The notes: generated by a model not told the origin, from the sequence alone. 53,970 nt of DNA from Acidobacteriota bacterium (GCA_030278895.1 JARXKK010000005.1:1-53970); one strand, 5' to 3'. Shown: positions 1 through 12,063, counted from the first letter of the stretch. Numbers and translations are program-made.

Positions 1-445
1 GCCGCGGAATCCGCTTCGCCAGCGCCGCGACGTGCGCGCGCTGCGAGCGCTCGGCGTCGAGGAGGACGAAGCCCGCGGCGCCGCACTCCGTGCCCTTCTC
101 GATCGCCCATTCGATTCGCGCAGGCTCCGCGCACGCGAGGAGGATCGTGACGCGGTTGGCAGACTCGCCGGGAAGGGGAAGAGAAGAGGAAGAGGAGGAG
201 GAAGAGAAGATTTGCTTAGAAGGTAGGAGGACTATGGCCGCGCCGCCGCGCACGAGGCGCGCCGGGGCCCGTGCGCCCTTTCCGTCGAGCGCGACGACCT
301 CGTCGCCGTCGCGCAACCGGCGGGAGCGGACGTGTTCTCTTTCTTCCTTTCTAAGAAGAATTTCGGCCTCTTCGGACGATCCCAGCCGGGCAGCCAATTC
401 AGGGACGAGAAGCCGCGGCGGCCGCGCGAGCGGGTTCTCAGCCAT
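1..445 (-). CDS. rsmE: 16S rRNA m3U1498 methyltransferase RsmE (3' end runs off the window)
   Basis: Not in the ORF track; manual translation from ATG at 445 gives ...EHVRSRRLRDGDEVVALDGKG...RIEWAIEKGTECGA..., typical RsmE motifs; follows prmA as in the canonical dnaJ-prmA-rsmE order. Confidence 0.85.
   Translation of the reverse strand, partial: MAENPLARPPRLLVPELAARLGSSEEAEILLRKEEREHVRSRRLRDGDEVVALDGKGARAPARLVRGGAAIVLLPSKQIFSSSSSSSSLPLPGESANRVTILLACAEPARIEWAIEKGTECGAAGFVLLDAERSQRAHVAALAKRIPR
201..364. repeat. Convergent pair of the dispersed GAAGATTTTCTTAGAAGG-type motif, inside rsmE
   Basis: GAAGAGAAGATTTGCTTAGAAGG at 201-223 and reverse copy CCTTTCTAAGAAGAATTTC at 346-364. Confidence 0.65.
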
Positions 446-1286
446 TAGAAGAAATCCAGGCTGTCCCGAGCCACTCGCTCTCCAGAATCGAACGGACCTC
501 CCGGAAACCCTCTCTCCGAAGCAAAGTCTCCCACTCCCCTCTTCTCTCGACGAGCTGCCCCGAACAGAGAAGCCGCCCACCGGGCGCGAGGCGGGAGTGG
601 AGCGCCGCGAGGAGAGGCGCGACCTCCTCGTGGATCATGTTCGCGACGATCACGTCGAAACGGGCGGTACCGCGCAGCGCCTCGAGAGGCCCCGCGAACG
701 TCGAAACGCGCGCGATTGCGTTCGCGCGCGCCTGGTCGCGCGTCGCGAACGCGGCGTCGGGGTCGAGATCGAAGGCGACGACGTGCCGAGCACCCTCGAG
801 CGCGGCGACGAACGCGAGCGTCCCGGTCCCGCAACCCACGTCGAGGACGCGGGCTCCCGCGAGGTTCTCGGCGAGCAGCAGCCGCACCGCGAGCCGCGTG
901 GATTCGTGCGAGCCGGTTCCGAAGGCGCGGACGGCGGGGAGGAAGAGCCGGCGAACGCCGGGCGGCGAGGGCGTTGCGAGGCCGCCGTCGTGGGGGTCGA
1001 AGAGATAGCGCTCCACGAAAACGGCTTTCCGCAAGGCAGCCGACTCGGCGACCCAGTCGGTGGATTTTTCTTCGAAGGTGAGAAGGCCGGCAGCCCCGAG
1101 CTCCGCGAGCGACGCCAGCGCGGCCGGGACGTCCGCAGAATCGACCCAGACCGAGACACCGCCGTCAGGGGCCGCCGCAGACGAAAACTCCAATCCCCCT
1201 AAACCTTCTAGGAAATCTTCGTGCTCTTCGAACCTGGCGGCGAGCGCCGCGGGAACCTCGATGCGCACGGCGCGACCGTCGGTCAC
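438..1286 (-). CDS. prmA: Ribosomal protein L11 methyltransferase
   Basis: [10 protein letters not shown] motif, [12 protein letters not shown]-binding motif, DVIVAN; downstream of dnaJ. Confidence 0.9.
   Translation of the reverse strand: MTDGRAVRIEVPAALAARFEEHEDFLEGLGGLEFSSAAAPDGGVSVWVDSADVPAALASLAELGAAGLLTFEEKSTDWVAESAALRKAVFVERYLFDPHDGGLATPSPPGVRRLFLPAVRAFGTGSHESTRLAVRLLLAENLAGARVLDVGCGTGTLAFVAALEGARHVVAFDLDPDAAFATRDQARANAIARVSTFAGPLEALRGTARFDVIVANMIHEEVAPLLAALHSRLAPGGRLLCSGQLVERRGEWETLLRREGFREVRSILESEWLGTAWISSNG
1063..1220. repeat. Convergent motif pair inside prmA
   Basis: GATTTTTCTTCGAAGG at 1063-1078 and CCTTCTAGGAAATCTTC at 1204-1220. Confidence 0.6.
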
Positions 1287-2407
1287 TGCCCGAGGAAGTC
1301 TTTCAGCCGGTCGAAGAACCCCTTCTCATCCTTCGTGGGAGTTCCCGACTCCGACCCGAAGGCTTCCGCGAGCTTTTCGACAGTCTCTTTCTGCACGTGC
1401 GTCATCTTCTTCGGCACGCGGACCGTGAGGAGGACATGCTGGTCGCCCTTGCCGCGGCCGTCGAGCCGGGGAATCCCCTTCCCCTTGAGCGTGAAGACCC
1501 GGCCCGCCGCGGTGCCCGAGGGAACGTCGAACGTCGCCTCACCGTGCAGAGTCGGGACACGAAGCGTACCGCCGAGCGCCGCGACGTGAAACGGAATGGC
1601 CCACGTGAGGACGACGTCGACGCCGTCCCGCCGGAACTGCTCGTGCGGCGCCACCGAGATGAAGACGTAGAGGTCGCCGGGGCGCCCCTCCCGCCGGCCC
1701 GCGTTTCCCTCGCCCGTGAGGCGCAGCCGCGCGCCGTCGTCCACCCCGGGCGGAATCGCCACCGTCAGCGTTCGCGCGCGGCGCGTGCGCCCGTCGCCGC
1801 GGCAGTCGGGGCACGGGTCCTTGATGCGCTCGCCCGACCCTTCGCAGTCCGGGCACGGGCGCGCCACCGCGAAGAAGCCCTGCCGGTACTGAACACGGCC
1901 CTGACCCCGGCACGTGGTGCAGGTCAGCGGCACAGCTCCGCCGCGCCCGCCGTGGCCCCGGCAGGTGTCGCAGCGCTCGTAGCGCTGGATCGGGACCGAC
2001 ACCTCCGTACCGAAGGCGGCGTCTTCGAACGAGAGCGTCACGTCGGCTTTCAAGTCTTCGCCCGTGCGTCGGGACGCGCGTGTATCGCCTCCCGACGCGA
2101 AACCGAACAGGTCTCCGAGGATGTCGGCGAAGTCCACGAACTGGGTCGGGTCGAATCCCGTTCCCCCGCCCGCGCCGCGCACACCTTCGACTCCGAAGCG
2201 GTCGAAGCGAGCACGCTTGTCGGGATCGGAGAGGACCGAGTAGGCCTCCGCGGCCTCCTTGAACTTCTCCTCGGCGTGATGGTCGCCCGGATTCTTGTCG
2301 GGGTGGTGCTGCACCGCGGCCTTCCGGTAGGCGCCCTTGATCTGCTCGGGGGACGCGTTTCGTCCCACACCGAGAACTTCGTAGTAATCGCGAACGGATG
2401 TACTCAC
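1283..2407 (-). CDS. dnaJ: Chaperone DnaJ
   Basis: J-domain DYYEVLGV...HPDKN, four CxxCxGxG zinc-finger repeats; GTG start at 2407 chosen (ORF track extends to 2422). Confidence 0.96.
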   Translation of the reverse strand: MSTSVRDYYEVLGVGRNASPEQIKGAYRKAAVQHHPDKNPGDHHAEEKFKEAAEAYSVLSDPDKRARFDRFGVEGVRGAGGGTGFDPTQFVDFADILGDLFGFASGGDTRASRRTGEDLKADVTLSFEDAAFGTEVSVPIQRYERCDTCRGHGGRGGAVPLTCTTCRGQGRVQYRQGFFAVARPCPDCEGSGERIKDPCPDCRGDGRTRRARTLTVAIPPGVDDGARLRLTGEGNAGRREGRPGDLYVFISVAPHEQFRRDGVDVVLTWAIPFHVAALGGTLRVPTLHGEATFDVPSGTAAGRVFTLKGKGIPRLDGRGKGDQHVLLTVRVPKKMTHVQKETVEKLAEAFGSESGTPTKDEKGFFDRLKDFLGQ

Positions 2408-2430
2408 AGGCAACTGCACCAAACCCGAGG

Positions 2431-4281
<1,851 letters not shown>

Positions 4282-4299
4282 TTGGCGCCTCCTCGTTCC

Positions 4300-5016
4300 T
4301 CACGTCGCGTCCCGGACCGCCCGACTCGCCGCGACGCGCACGCGGGCGGGCCGGAGCAGGCGGTCGCTGAGCAGGTATCCCTTCTGCAGAACCTCGAGCA
4401 CCGTGCCGGGCGCGACCGTGGACGTCTCCTCACGCACGACGGCTTCGTGAACGTTCGGATCGAACGGAAGATCGCGCGCTGCCACCTCGACGACACCGTA
4501 CTTTTTGAGCGTCTCGGTGAGCTGGCGGGCGATCATGTCGATGCCCGCGTGGAATTCTTCTCCCCTGGCGTCGCCACGGTGCTGGAGCGCGCGCTCGAAG
4601 TTGTCGACGACGTCGAGGATGTCCGTGAAGGCCTCGGCCAGCGCGAACCGGAAATAGTCGGCCTTGTCCTTCTCGGTGCGGCGTTTCAGATTGTCGAAGT
4701 CGGCCGACTTGCGGAGAAGCGCCTCGCGCACACGGCCCGCGTCCTCTTCGGCACGGATCGCGCGCTCGCGCTCCCGGGAGACCTGGTCTTCGAGAACGCC
4801 GATGCGCGAATCGGGCGCGGGAGGATCTCGTGGAGCGGGAACGGGCGCGGGCTCGACGGCCGCGGCGGGCCGCGCCTCCTCGAGACGGCGGTGCTTCTCC
4901 TCGACGGCCTCGATGGCGCGCTCCGCCTCCGCGAGCGCGCGCGCGACGTCGTCACGGCTCTCGGTCTCGAGGAAGATGATGTCCTCCTCGGCACGGTGCT
5001 TCTTCGGGCCGCTCAT
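4300..5016 (-). CDS. grpE: Nucleotide exchange factor GrpE
   Basis: ADFDNLKRR, VDNFERAL, FDPNVHEAV, KGYLLSDRLLRPARV motifs. Confidence 0.95.
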   Translation of the reverse strand: MSGPKKHRAEEDIIFLETESRDDVARALAEAERAIEAVEEKHRRLEEARPAAAVEPAPVPAPRDPPAPDSRIGVLEDQVSRERERAIRAEEDAGRVREALLRKSADFDNLKRRTEKDKADYFRFALAEAFTDILDVVDNFERALQHRGDARGEEFHAGIDMIARQLTETLKKYGVVEVAARDLPFDPNVHEAVVREETSTVAPGTVLEVLQKGYLLSDRLLRPARVRVAASRAVRDAT

Positions 5017-6071
5017 GCGGTCCCTTCCGTGAGCCGGCGGCTCACATAACGCGAGACCTCTTCCACGAGAGGGACGACGCGCGCGTACTCCATCCGGCGG
5101 GGCCCGATCACGCCGAGAGCGCCGAGCACGCGATCCCCCCGTCGATAAGGCGCGGAAACGACCGCGCTGCCCGTCTCGTCCGTGAAGGGGCTCTCCGATC
5201 CGATGACGATCGCGAGGCCGTCGGAGGTGACGCAGTCCGTGAGGAGATTGACGAGGCGGGCCTTCTCCTCGAACGCGCGAAACATCCGCCGCAGCGCCTC
5301 GAGGTCGTTCCGGAACTCGGGCTTCTCGAGCAGCGACTCGGTGCCCTCGAGGTAAACGGCTTCTTCGGGTGGCCGCGACTCGGCGAAGGCGCGGCGCCCG
5401 AGCTCGAGGGCCCGCGTGAGAGCGTGGTCCATCCGGACCTTCTCCTCTCCGAGCGACGCGACGAGGAGGGCACGGATCTCGCCGAGGCTCTTCCCGGCGA
5501 AGTCGATCGTGAGACGGTTCGAAATGCCGTCCAGCTCGCGCTGCGGGAAGTCGTCGCGGGTCTCGATGAGGCGGCTCTCGATCAAGCCCGTGTCGGAGAC
5601 CTCGGACACGAGGATCTTGTGCTCGGCCACGCGCGTGAAGTGCACGGACGCGAGAACGAAGCTCATAGAGGCGGGGACCGCGACGACGGCTACCTCACCG
5701 GTCAGCCGGGAGAGCACGCGGGACGTGGCCTTCAGGAAGCGCTCCGTCTCGAAGGCCTCGGAGGAAAGCTCCTCGGCGATCCGGGCCCGGTCCTTCTCGC
5801 TGGGCGGGCGGGTCGGCATCAGGTCGCGGACAAACGCACGATAGCCGAGATCCGTCGGAACGCGGCCCGCCGAAACGTGAGGGTGCATGAGGAAGCCGAG
5901 ATCCTCGAGGTCGGCCATCGCGTTGCGCAGCGACGCCGAAGAGAGACCGAACTTCCCGCCTTTCGTCAGCTGACGCGACGACACGGGCACGGCGCTCTCG
6001 ATGTACGCAACGATCACGGACGCGAGAACCTCGCGAGATCGCCCGTCCAAACCCTTGAAATCGTTAGGCAT
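5013..6071 (-). CDS. hrcA: Heat-inducible transcription repressor HrcA
   Basis: YIESAVPVSS...SSASLRNAMADLEDLGFLMHPHVSAGRVPTDLGYR and LGVIGPRRMEY; start taken at ATG 6071 (MPNDFK). Confidence 0.95.
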   Translation of the reverse strand: MPNDFKGLDGRSREVLASVIVAYIESAVPVSSRQLTKGGKFGLSSASLRNAMADLEDLGFLMHPHVSAGRVPTDLGYRAFVRDLMPTRPPSEKDRARIAEELSSEAFETERFLKATSRVLSRLTGEVAVVAVPASMSFVLASVHFTRVAEHKILVSEVSDTGLIESRLIETRDDFPQRELDGISNRLTIDFAGKSLGEIRALLVASLGEEKVRMDHALTRALELGRRAFAESRPPEEAVYLEGTESLLEKPEFRNDLEALRRMFRAFEEKARLVNLLTDCVTSDGLAIVIGSESPFTDETGSAVVSAPYRRGDRVLGALGVIGPRRMEYARVVPLVEEVSRYVSRRLTEGTA

Positions 6072-6196
6072 CGCGGCGCAGAGCCCTCCCGCCCCCGCTC
6101 GGCTCCGTGACCGGAGCGGGACGGCACATGATAACAAAGGGATCGGCTCCCGGTGTAACATCAGATGCCCCTTAGGAGGTCGGCAAGGCCCTTTTC

Positions 6197-7573
6197 ATGG
6201 TTTTTTTCAACTACGCGACGATGCAGATGGCCGCGAAGATCGTGTACTACGGTCCGGGCCTCTGCGGGAAGACGACGAACCTCCACGTGATTTACGGGCG
6301 AACCGCGCCCACGTCGCGCGGGGAGATGGTGTGCCTCGAGACCGAGACGGACCGCACGCTCTTCTTCGACCTGCTTCCGCTCGACGTCGGTGTCATCGGG
6401 GGCTTCAAGACACGCCTCCAGCTTTACACCGTTCCCGGACAGGTTTTTTACAACACGACGCGGAAGCTCGTTCTCAAGGGCGTGGACGGCATCGTGTTCG
6501 TCGCCGATTCCCAGCGTCCGATGAAGGACCCGAACGTCGAGAGCCTCCGAAACCTCCGCGAAAACCTGGCCGAGATCGGTGTTTCTCTCGACGCCACGCC
6601 CCGCGTCCTCCAGTACAACAAGCGGGATCTCCCGAACATTCTGACGCTCGACGAGCTGAACGACGCCCTCAATCCCGACCGATCCATCGAGTGGTACGAG
6701 TCCTCGGCAACGAACGGCACCGGCGTCTTCGAGACGCTCAAGGCGGTCTCGAAACTGACTCTTCGTTCCCTGAAGGGCCGCATGGCGATCGAGCAGAGGC
6801 GCCCCACCGTGGTCGCGTCCGCGCCCACTCCGGCTCCCCAGATTCTGATGTCGCCCAAGGCGGCGGCGTCGGGCATCGGCGCGGCCATCGACGCGATGGC
6901 CATCGAGTCGGCGTCTGCCGGATCGGCGGTGGCCACCGCCCCGTACCCGAGCGGCGACGGCTTCGATTCGACGATCTCGCGCCTCAAACGCTTTCAGGAT
7001 GTCGCGCGGCAGGAAGCCCGGGATGCCGAGCAGCGCCTTGCTCCGGCGGTCACCTCGGCCGAGCTTACCGCGGTGGGGCCGGCCGAGCTCCCCGCCGTCA
7101 CGGCGCCTTTCGACGCCGCCTTCCAGCCGGGCGACGACGCGGGGAACGAGGTGAGTTTCGCCGAAATCCAGCCCCCGGCGGACGAATCGAAGGAAGACTC
7201 GTCCGCCTCGGTGAAACACGTCCGCGTGCGTTCGAACGTGGACATCCTTTCGGAGCTCGAGAAGCTCCGAAAGGTCGCCACGCAGAGGCCGGCCTATGGC
7301 GGCGCGCCGAAGACCAAGAGCGCGGCCGACGTCTCACTGGACGACCTCCTGGGCTCGACGCGAAATCACAAGAAGGACGTCGCACAGTCCTTCGATCTCG
7401 AGGTCGCGCGCGAGACGCTTGCGAAAGTCCGCCACGTCACGATCGGCCTCTCCTTCGGCGACGAAGCGGGGGGGGCCCTGGGCGACGAAAAGAGATTCGA
7501 TCTGGACTTTGCCGGCCTCAAGGACATCAACAAGCTGCTCCTCTCGCTGAAGTTCCACGTCAAGGCCGGGTAG
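6197..7573 (+). CDS. mglA: MglA-family small GTPase with ~260 aa C-terminal extension
   Basis: KIVYYGPGLCGKTTNL, DRTLFFD, LYTVPGQVFY, VFVADSQ, NKRD are MglA motifs in the first ~195 aa; then an Ala/Pro-rich linker and an unassigned C-terminal domain. Confidence 0.88.
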   Translation: MVFFNYATMQMAAKIVYYGPGLCGKTTNLHVIYGRTAPTSRGEMVCLETETDRTLFFDLLPLDVGVIGGFKTRLQLYTVPGQVFYNTTRKLVLKGVDGIVFVADSQRPMKDPNVESLRNLRENLAEIGVSLDATPRVLQYNKRDLPNILTLDELNDALNPDRSIEWYESSATNGTGVFETLKAVSKLTLRSLKGRMAIEQRRPTVVASAPTPAPQILMSPKAAASGIGAAIDAMAIESASAGSAVATAPYPSGDGFDSTISRLKRFQDVARQEARDAEQRLAPAVTSAELTAVGPAELPAVTAPFDAAFQPGDDAGNEVSFAEIQPPADESKEDSSASVKHVRVRSNVDILSELEKLRKVATQRPAYGGAPKTKSAADVSLDDLLGSTRNHKKDVAQSFDLEVARETLAKVRHVTIGLSFGDEAGGALGDEKRFDLDFAGLKDINKLLLSLKFHVKAG

Positions 7574-7584
7574 ACTGGGTGCCG

Positions 7585-9417
7585 ATGACGAATGCTTCGC
7601 GGCTCTTCGGACGGGTGTTGCCGGTCGCCGCCGGCGCGCTCTTCGCCGCCCTTTCGGGCTGCGCGACGGACCCGCATGCGCGGGTGGCTCTGCCGCCTGC
7701 GCCCGAGGAGCCGGGTTCGGTCCAGACCGCCCGAACCCAATCCACCGAGCTCTTCTTCAGCGGCAAGGCCCTCGCCCTTGCGGGCGAAAGCGATTGCGCG
7801 CGCGGGGCGTTCCGGGACGCCCTCGAGACGTTCCGGGCGGCGGCGCGCCCGGGTAACCCGGCCGATCTCGCGTTCGCGACCGAGCTCTTCGACTCGATCG
7901 CACTCTATCGCCCCGCGATCGAGGCCGGCAGCCGGGTGGCCGAGGCCGAGAGGCCGCCCGCCGAAGACCCGCGCGACAGCCTCGTCGCGACGGCTCCCCT
8001 TCCTTCCGCCGACGAAATCGAGAGGGCCAAGAAAGAAGTCGCGGCTGCTCCCGCGGGTTCCGGATTCGACATTCCAATCGTCGTGAACGACGCCGTCCTC
8101 CGCGCCGTCGCCTTCTACCAGTTCCGGACCCCCATGGCGTTCGCCGCGGCGCTCAAGCGCAGCGGGCGGTACATGAGCCTCATGCGCGGCATCCTCAAGG
8201 AGGAGGGAGTGCCCGAAGACCTCGTCTACGTCGCGATGATCGAGTCGGCCTTCAAGTACCAGGCCCACTCCCGCGCCGCAGCCCACGGCTTCTGGCAGTT
8301 CATCCCCGGCACCGGCAAGCGTTACGGCCTGAAGCGGACCGCTTCGTACGACGAGCGCAGCGATCCCGTGAAGTCGACGCGCGCCGCCGCCGCCTATTTC
8401 CGCGATCTTTACGAGATGTTCGGGGACTGGCATCTCGCGATGGCGGCCTACGACGCGGGTGAGGGCAAGATCCTCCGGAGCCTCCAGCGTACGGGCGCGC
8501 GCGATTTCTGGGATCTCTCGGCGGGCAGCACTCTCCGGCGCGAGACGCGGGACTACGTGCCGTTCGTTCTCGCGACCGCGCTCATTGCCAGGGATCCCGC
8601 GCGATTCGGCTTCGACGTGGTGCCCGATTCCCCTCTCTCCTGGGAAACGGTGACCGTGAAAAAGTCGACCGACCTCTCACGCGTGGCCGAGCTCACGGGC
8701 AACACGCTGCCCGACCTGCAGCTCCTCAACAGCGAGCTTCGCACGCGCAGCACGCCGCACGGCGTCCCCTCGTACGAATTGCGCGTCCCGGCGGGAGCGG
8801 CGGCGCTCCTGGCCCCCCGCCTCGCGTCGCTTCCCTCGGCGCCCGCCGTCACCGAAAAGCGCATCGTCGTCAAGAAAGACGAGTCCCTTCAGAAGATCGC
8901 GCGCCGCGCGGGCGTCTCGGTCGCCGAACTCTGCGATTGGAACGACCTGCCCCGCACGGCCAAGCCGAAGAAAGGCACCGTTCTCGTCGTCCCGACGAAG
9001 CGCCAGGCCGCGCCCCACGACGCCCTCGTGTCCGCATCCTCCTCGCCCAAGGGCGAGATCCGCGGCGTCCCGACACCCGCGGCCGCCGTCACGCGGGCGT
9101 CGGATGTCGGGCCCTTTACCTCCGTCCCGGCAACGGCAGTTCCGTCGAGGACCGCTCCGGCAGCTCTCGTCCGCGTTCCGCTCCCCTCTCGCATCTCGAT
9201 TCCCGACGAAGGGTTCGTCGACACGCCGCCCGGCCACGCCGGCGCACAGGCGCCTCAGGTCGTCCGGCACACGGTGAGGGCCGGCGACACGCTTTACGCG
9301 ATCTCCTCGCGTTACGGCGTGAGCGTCGACGAGATCCGGCGCCAGAACCACATCCGGTCGCCGCAGGCGCTCCGGACGGGGCAGACGCTCGTTCTTTCGC
9401 TCGCCACCGTGAACTGA
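7585..9417 (+). CDS. MltD-like lytic transglycosylase lipoprotein with LysM domains
   Basis: Lipobox ALSGC, SLT motifs AMIESAF / GFWQFIPGTG / AAYDAGEG / ETRDYVP, C-terminal LysM HTVRAGDTLYAISSRYGVS; start at MTNASR. Confidence 0.88.
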   Translation: MTNASRLFGRVLPVAAGALFAALSGCATDPHARVALPPAPEEPGSVQTARTQSTELFFSGKALALAGESDCARGAFRDALETFRAAARPGNPADLAFATELFDSIALYRPAIEAGSRVAEAERPPAEDPRDSLVATAPLPSADEIERAKKEVAAAPAGSGFDIPIVVNDAVLRAVAFYQFRTPMAFAAALKRSGRYMSLMRGILKEEGVPEDLVYVAMIESAFKYQAHSRAAAHGFWQFIPGTGKRYGLKRTASYDERSDPVKSTRAAAAYFRDLYEMFGDWHLAMAAYDAGEGKILRSLQRTGARDFWDLSAGSTLRRETRDYVPFVLATALIARDPARFGFDVVPDSPLSWETVTVKKSTDLSRVAELTGNTLPDLQLLNSELRTRSTPHGVPSYELRVPAGAAALLAPRLASLPSAPAVTEKRIVVKKDESLQKIARRAGVSVAELCDWNDLPRTAKPKKGTVLVVPTKRQAAPHDALVSASSSPKGEIRGVPTPAAAVTRASDVGPFTSVPATAVPSRTAPAALVRVPLPSRISIPDEGFVDTPPGHAGAQAPQVVRHTVRAGDTLYAISSRYGVSVDEIRRQNHIRSPQALRTGQTLVLSLATVN

Positions 9418-9427
9418 AGCAGGGCGC

Positions 9428-10954
9428 ATGACTGTCGCCCGTGCGTACTCCGCGACGGTGGCCGGCCTCGAGGGCCGCACGGTCGTCGTGGAGGCCGCCA
9501 TCGGGGCGGGCCTTCCGGCCCTCACGATCGTCGGGCTTCCGGACGCCGCGGTGAAGGAAAGCCGCGAGCGCATTCGCTCCGCTCTCCGCCACGTCGGCTT
9601 TCCCGTGCCCTCGAAGAACGTCGTCGTGAACCTCGCGCCCGCCGACCTGCCAAAGTCGGGCACGGCGCTGGACCTCGCGGTGGCTCTCGCGATTCTCGCG
9701 GCCAACGGCGACATTCCCGCCGAGGCGCTCCGGGGAGTGACGCTCGTCGGAGAGCTGGCGCTCGACGGCGAGCTCCGGCCCGTGCCCGGCGTCCTTTCCT
9801 TCGCCGAAGCCTCCAGGCGCGAAGGACGGGCGCTACTCGTTCCCATGGCGAACGCGGAGGAGGCGGCGGCCGTGCCTTCCCTCCACGTTTGCGCCGCGCC
9901 CCATCTCGGGGCGGCAATCGCGCACGTCCTCTCCCGCGAAACCCTGCCGCGCGTCGCGCCTTCGGCCGTGCAGCGGGCGAGGACCGGATCCGAACCCGAC
10001 CTCGCGGACGTCCGGGGTCAGGCGGTCGCAAGGCGTGCGCTCGAGATCGCGGCATCGGGCGGCCACAACATCCTGTTCTCGGGACCGCCCGGATCGGGCA
10101 AGACGATGCTGGCGCGGCGGCTGCCGGGGATTCTCCCGCCTCTCTCGCGCGAGGAGAGTCTCGAGGTGACGCGCATCTGGAGCGTCGCGGGCCGCCTCCC
10201 CGCGGGCAGCGGACTCCTCGTCGAGCGCCCGTTCCGCTCGCCCCATCACGGCGCCTCGGCGGCGGCGCTCGCGGGCGGCGGCGCCGACCCGCGCCCCGGC
10301 GAGCTCTCGCTCGCGCATTTCGGAGTCCTCTTCCTCGACGAGCTGCCCGAGTTCCGGAGGGACGCCCTCGAGGCGTTGCGGGAGCCGCTCGAAGACGGAG
10401 TCGTTTCCGTCGCGCGCGTGGCCGGGTCAAGGACGTTTCCGGCCCGGTTCCTCCTCGTCGGCGCGATGAACCCGTGCCCGTGCGGTTTCCGCGGCGATCC
10501 GCGCCGCGCCTGCTCGTGCTCGCCACGCGACGTTGCCCGCTATCGCCGGAAGATCTCCGGGCCTCTCCTCGACCGGATCGACCTGCACGTCGAGGTGCCG
10601 GCCCTCGCCGCTGCGGATCTCGGCGGGGAGGGCGACGGCGAAGCCACCCGCTCCGTTCGCGCCCGGGTCGAAGCGGCCCGCGCGCTTCAGGCCGACCGGA
10701 ACGGGGACCCTCGCCTCGTGAACGCGGCGCTGCCGGCGCGTCTCGCCCGCACGGTCCTGAAGGCGGCGCCCGAAGCCCGCGCTCTCCTCACGCGCGCGGT
10801 CGACCGGCTCACGCTCTCGGCGCGGGCGTTCCAGCGCGTTCTGCGCGTCGCCCGCACGATCGCGGACCTCGAGAAGGCTCCCCTGATTCAAACGGCCCAC
10901 ATCGCCGAAGCGCTCCATTACCGGCCCGCGCCGGACGCCGCATCGCCCGCGTAG
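9428..10954 (+). CDS. comM: YifB/ComM Mg-chelatase-like AAA+ ATPase
   Basis: IVGLPDAAVKESRERI, NLAPADLPKSG, GPPGSGKT, PFRSPHH, LFLDELPEF, MNPCPCG. Confidence 0.93.
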   Translation: MTVARAYSATVAGLEGRTVVVEAAIGAGLPALTIVGLPDAAVKESRERIRSALRHVGFPVPSKNVVVNLAPADLPKSGTALDLAVALAILAANGDIPAEALRGVTLVGELALDGELRPVPGVLSFAEASRREGRALLVPMANAEEAAAVPSLHVCAAPHLGAAIAHVLSRETLPRVAPSAVQRARTGSEPDLADVRGQAVARRALEIAASGGHNILFSGPPGSGKTMLARRLPGILPPLSREESLEVTRIWSVAGRLPAGSGLLVERPFRSPHHGASAAALAGGGADPRPGELSLAHFGVLFLDELPEFRRDALEALREPLEDGVVSVARVAGSRTFPARFLLVGAMNPCPCGFRGDPRRACSCSPRDVARYRRKISGPLLDRIDLHVEVPALAAADLGGEGDGEATRSVRARVEAARALQADRNGDPRLVNAALPARLARTVLKAAPEARALLTRAVDRLTLSARAFQRVLRVARTIADLEKAPLIQTAHIAEALHYRPAPDAASPA

Positions 10955-10996
10955 AACCCCGTCTGTCAATGGGTTGCCTGTCGCAATCGTTTCTCC

Positions 10997-11025
10997 TTGA
11001 CTCCCCCACCCTGCCGACTAAGAAT
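10997..11025 (+). promoter_or_regulatory. Possible sigma70 promoter for the M23 peptidase gene
   Basis: TTGACT at 10997-11002 and TAAGAAT at 11019-11025 in an AT-richer intergenic region. Confidence 0.4.
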
Positions 11026-11127
11026 TCCATCGCTTAAGTTGAGTCCTTGGCCCTGTAAGGCCGTGAGTCAGTTTTTCCAGTAACCCTGGTGGCGTAGAGG
11101 GGAAAGAGCGCCCACGGAGCCAACCGG

Positions 11128-12006
11128 ATGCCGAAACGAGAGCACACGATCATCTTCCTGCCCCACGCAAAGGCGCGTTTTAGGCAGTTCCGTGTCTCGT
11201 CGCGCCTCCTGTGGATGCTGGGAGCGTGCTTCGGGCTGTCCGTTCTCCTCGGCGTGACCTTCACCGCGCTCTGGGCCCGCTCGATCCGGAAGAACAGTGA
11301 GGTCACCGCGATCCTGGCGGAGAACTCCGACCTCCGGTCGCGGGCGACGCTCACGAATACCCGTCTCGAGACGATCGAGAAGATGCTGGCCGAATTTGAG
11401 GACCGGACGCGCCGCCTGTCGATCGTGGCCGGGCTGTCGGCGGTTCGCGACCCCGGAATGGGCGGCGTCGGCGGCCTCTCCGCCGTACCGGTCAACCCCG
11501 CGGACTCCGTCGACTCCGGCCTGAGCGAGGCCGGGCGCCGGGGCGCGCTCATCTCCTCACGCCTGAAGCTCGTCGAAAAGAAGCTCTCCCTTCAGGCCGA
11601 TCAGCTCGCCCTTACGCCCACGATCGTCCCGGCCGCCGGCGTCCTCACGGCGGGCTTCGGGAGCCGCCCCGATCCGTTCACGGGTCACCTCGAGTACCAC
11701 CCGGGGATCGACATCTCGACACCGGCGGGAAACCGCGTCGTGGCGCCCGCCGCGGGCACGATCACGCGCGTCGGGTGGGACAAGGGCTACGGCCGTTTCG
11801 TCGAGATCGCCCACGGCTACGGCGTGACAACCCTTTTCGGACACCTGCAGACGGCGCGCGTCGCCGAGGGCCAGCGCGTCAGGCGCGGCGACCTCGTGGC
11901 GCTCGTGGGCTCCACGGGCCGCTCCACCGGGCCGCACCTCCACTACGAAGTGCGCACCGACGGCAAGCCCGTGAACCCGCTCGATTACGTCCTCAACGCC
12001 TTCTGA
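11128..12006 (+). CDS. M23 family metallopeptidase (TM anchor plus coiled coil)
   Basis: [33 protein letters not shown]; lies upstream of secA. Confidence 0.92.
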   Translation: MPKREHTIIFLPHAKARFRQFRVSSRLLWMLGACFGLSVLLGVTFTALWARSIRKNSEVTAILAENSDLRSRATLTNTRLETIEKMLAEFEDRTRRLSIVAGLSAVRDPGMGGVGGLSAVPVNPADSVDSGLSEAGRRGALISSRLKLVEKKLSLQADQLALTPTIVPAAGVLTAGFGSRPDPFTGHLEYHPGIDISTPAGNRVVAPAAGTITRVGWDKGYGRFVEIAHGYGVTTLFGHLQTARVAEGQRVRRGDLVALVGSTGRSTGPHLHYEVRTDGKPVNPLDYVLNAF

Positions 12007-12033
12007 GCGCTACGCACTCCCGACCCCCCCGCA

Positions 12034-12063
12034 CTTTCTAAGAAATCTCTCTCTTTCTTCTCC
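12034..12063. repeat. Unpaired copy of the dispersed motif upstream of secA
   Basis: CTTTCTAAGAAATCTCTCTCTTTCTTCTCC, directly followed by extended -10-like TGCTAAACT (12064-12072). Confidence 0.65.

Noticed and set aside
201-364. Motif pairs as terminal inverted repeats of a MITE
   Set aside because: The sequence between paired sites differs at each locus and encodes normal in-frame parts of the host proteins; no target-site duplications or transposase seen
90-1202. 370-aa plus-strand ORF with a poly-Glu tract
   Set aside because: Antisense to prmA/rsmE; the poly-Glu is the purine tract of the dispersed motif
6001-9417. 1138-aa ORF suggesting a giant transglycosylase fusion
   Set aside because: The first ~528 codons are an Arg/Pro-rich off-frame read-through of mglA; the real gene starts near 7585 with a lipoprotein signal
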